52,070 bases of DNA. Origin: Pseudomonadota bacterium. GTDB taxonomy: Bacteria > Pseudomonadota > Alphaproteobacteria > Sphingomonadales > Sphingomonadaceae. Below are positions 50,148 through 52,070 of the stretch, piece after piece; position 1 is the stretch's first letter; each line of letters begins with the position of its first letter. The stretch covers positions 1,720-53,789 of the forward strand of contig JAZJZB010000074.1 of the NCBI GenBank assembly GCA_040390085.1. The letters run 5' to 3'. Under the pieces are notes generated by a model. That model had not been told where the DNA came from. It ran no database searches and saw only the letters and a list, made by a program, of their open reading frames with translations. The position numbers and the translations under genes were made by a program.

Positions 50148-51098
50148 ATGAGTGCTGACACCGCGCATGGGCATCACGACGTGAGCGCCAATGATCACGG
50201 GCACGGTCATGGCCACAGCCATGCGCCGGCCGACTTCGGACGCGCGTTCCTGATCGGGATTGTGCTCAATGTGAGCTTTGTGCTGATCGAGGCCGGGTTC
50301 GGCATTGCGGTCAATTCGATGGCATTGCTGGCCGACGCCGGCCACAACCTTTCCGACGTGCTCGGTCTGGTGGTGGCGTGGGCCGCGGCGACTCTCGGCA
50401 AGAGGCTCCCGACAGCGCACTACACCTACGGCTTCCGCCGCTCGACGATCCTTGCCGCATTGTTCAATGCTTTGTTCCTTCTCGCCGCGCTTGGCGCGAT
50501 TGCGGCTGAGGCGATCCAGCGCTTCTGGAATCCGCAGCCGGTCTCCGGCAATATTGTGATGCTCGTTGCCGCAGTCGGTATTGTGATTAATGGGGCGACG
50601 GCTTGGCTTTTCGCCCGCGGCCGCAAGGGCGACATCAACATCCGCGGAGCGTATCTGCACATGGCTGCGGATGCCGCAGTGTCGGCCGGAGTGGTCGGGG
50701 CCGGCCTCTTGATAACCCTCACCGGGGCAACCTGGGTTGACCCCGTGACCAGCCTCTTCATCGTGCTGGTGGTGTTTATCGGAACGTGGCGGCTGCTGAG
50801 GGATTCCGTCGCGATGTCGCTCGACCGCGTGCCCGTGCACATCAAGCCGGCAGAGGTCGAGGAGGTTCTCAGCCGCTTGAGCGGAGTCGCCCGCGTCCAC
50901 GACCTTCATATCTGGTCGATGAGCACGACGGAGACGGCGCTCACCGCGCATCTTGTGATGCCCGAGGGTTGCGACGGCGATCATTTTCTGCACGATGCCG
51001 CCGAGCTCCTGAAGCGGCGCTTCAACATCGGCCATGCGACGCTTCAGATCGAACGCGATGCGGCGGCCTGCGCCCTGGAATCCGATAAGGTGGTTTAA
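50148..51098 (+). CDS. Cation diffusion facilitator (CzcD/ZitB-like)
   Basis: His-rich N-terminus, ALLADAGHNLSD, NIRGAYLHMAAD, VHDLHIW, HATLQIE. Confidence 0.94.
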   Translation: MSADTAHGHHDVSANDHGHGHGHSHAPADFGRAFLIGIVLNVSFVLIEAGFGIAVNSMALLADAGHNLSDVLGLVVAWAAATLGKRLPTAHYTYGFRRSTILAALFNALFLLAALGAIAAEAIQRFWNPQPVSGNIVMLVAAVGIVINGATAWLFARGRKGDINIRGAYLHMAADAAVSAGVVGAGLLITLTGATWVDPVTSLFIVLVVFIGTWRLLRDSVAMSLDRVPVHIKPAEVEEVLSRLSGVARVHDLHIWSMSTTETALTAHLVMPEGCDGDHFLHDAAELLKRRFNIGHATLQIERDAAACALESDKVV

Positions 51099-51149
51099 GC
51101 TGCGGCGACGTGGATTTGTCAGATCGCGGTCGAGGATTGTTTGCAGGTC

Positions 51150-51311
51150 ATGAAATCCGAAAGTCCGTTCTCGTCGACACTGAAGTGGATCGCCGTGGGC
51201 GCGATCACTGGTTTCGTGCTGATGATCGCGATCAATGCGCTGCGCGGGTCGCATCAGGAGCTCAACGATCAAGCGCTCGACGAGCTGGCGCGGCATCAAG
51301 GCGGCCCGTGA
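51150..51311 (+). CDS. 53-aa single-TM small protein
   Basis: MKSESPFSSTLKWIAVGAITGFVLMIAINALRGSHQE... TGATG coupling to the next ORF. Confidence 0.55.
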   Translation: MKSESPFSSTLKWIAVGAITGFVLMIAINALRGSHQELNDQALDELARHQGGP

Positions 51312-51565
51312 TGTCCGAAGTTCCGATTCCCAGCCGGGGCTCGCTCTACGAGTTCGTGCGGCGAACGGTTGCCGAGCGCGGCGGCGGGTGCACGCGCGCG
51401 GAGCTGCTGGCGATGATCCAGGCGGATCCCGAAGCGGCGCAGCGGCTCGAACGGAGCCAAGGCTTTTCGCGTTTACTCCAGAACATGAAGCACAGCGGGT
51501 TCGTCCGGCTTGAGGGCGACATGGTCCGTCGTACCAGCCGACGACTTGGGCGGAGGCACGCATGA
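51311..51565 (+). CDS. 84-aa small protein, possible winged helix
   Basis: SLYEFVRR..AERGGGCTRAELL...FSRLLQNMKHSGFVRLEGD.V. Confidence 0.6.
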   Translation: MSEVPIPSRGSLYEFVRRTVAERGGGCTRAELLAMIQADPEAAQRLERSQGFSRLLQNMKHSGFVRLEGDMVRRTSRRLGRRHA

Positions 51566-51657
51566 GCCGGCGCCGCATCTTCCTGCTCCTGCTGCTCGGT
51601 ATCCTGACCGGCACGGTCATCTTCCATATCGGGGGAAGCCGGCCGCATCGGCCGTAG
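51562..51657 (+). CDS. 31-aa single-TM micropeptide
   Basis: MSRRRIFLLLLLGILTGTVIFHIGGSRPHRP. SD GGAGG at 51552 and ATGA overlap. Confidence 0.5.
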   Translation: MSRRRIFLLLLLGILTGTVIFHIGGSRPHRP

Positions 51658-52018
51658 GCGTGCACGGTTCAAATTCGCGACCACAGCGCTAGGTGCGGCC
51701 CTCAATAGAGAGGACGAGCTTAGGTAAGCGCGTCTACCTGAACCAGCGTCTCCCTTCTGAAGCGGCAATTGGCTGCAGGACAGCTGGAATGGGCGCTTTC
51801 GGACGTGTCGCCAATGCCCGAGACGGTCCACCGGCCGATCTTATGATCAAGCACGAGTTACGTCCCGCGCTGGGGGTGACATTCCACAAGAAAGCTGCCG
51901 ACCAGTGCTCGTCTCATGCTGTCTCGCTAGAGCGCAGGCGCCTGTGGGACCAAAACGGGGGACCGGCGCCGGCGGGTTTCTCACCATCTGCGAAAAACTG
52001 AGAAATTTTTCGCTTGGC

Positions 52019-52070
52019 TGGTGGAGCTGAGGGGAATCGAACCCCTGACCTCTGCAGTGCGATTGCAGCG
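52019..52070 (-). tRNA. tRNA-Ala(CGC), 5' part outside window
   Basis: Minus strand CTGCA-ATCGCAC-TGCAG anticodon arm, GGTTCGATTCC T-arm, ends in CCACCA. Confidence 0.95.

Larger units (their letters stand above)
33830..52032. mobile_element. Integrative mobilizable element (~18.2 kb) in tRNA-Ala carrying metal-efflux genes
   Basis: 17-bp terminal direct repeats, integrase, AlpA, MOBQ relaxase with oriT. No T4SS or coupling protein seen. Confidence 0.9.

Noticed and set aside
50082-51665. 527-aa minus-strand ORF
   Set aside because: Antisense to a clear CDF gene and the small coupled ORFs.
33830-52032. Prophage or self-transmissible ICE
   Set aside because: No structural phage genes, T4SS or coupling protein.

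Overview
GC-rich alphaproteobacterial chromosomal segment; the proteins look sphingomonad (inference). It has four parts. (1) 1-9.2 kb: core translation cluster infB(5'-truncated)-rbfA-truB-rpsO-pnp. It is interrupted by an orphan HhH-glycosylase-like gene, a GNAT and a GT4 glycosyltransferase. truB carries two in-frame palindromic insertions, and one of them has a sister copy in the rpsO-pnp spacer. (2) 9.2-19.9 kb: a small Cys-rich lipoprotein, an L,D-transpeptidase, DipZ, and a TetR-controlled HAE1 RND pump with four visible operator-like sites. (3) 20.0-33.8 kb: a LacI-regulated TonB receptor / two flavin-dependent halogenase-like genes / SapC / cupin / GH16 / MFS / GH3 cluster. It is flanked by copies of the tRNA-Ala 3' end, so it is an integrase-less island. 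(4) 33.8-52.0 kb: an integrative mobilizable element (P4-type integrase, MOBQ TraA plus oriT, TraC/D, AlpA) carrying heavy-metal efflux cargo and inserted in tRNA-Ala(CGC), which is cut by the window end. Three copies of the att core show tandem island accretion. No CRISPR or rRNA was seen. All calls come from reading the sequence; no database searches were run.
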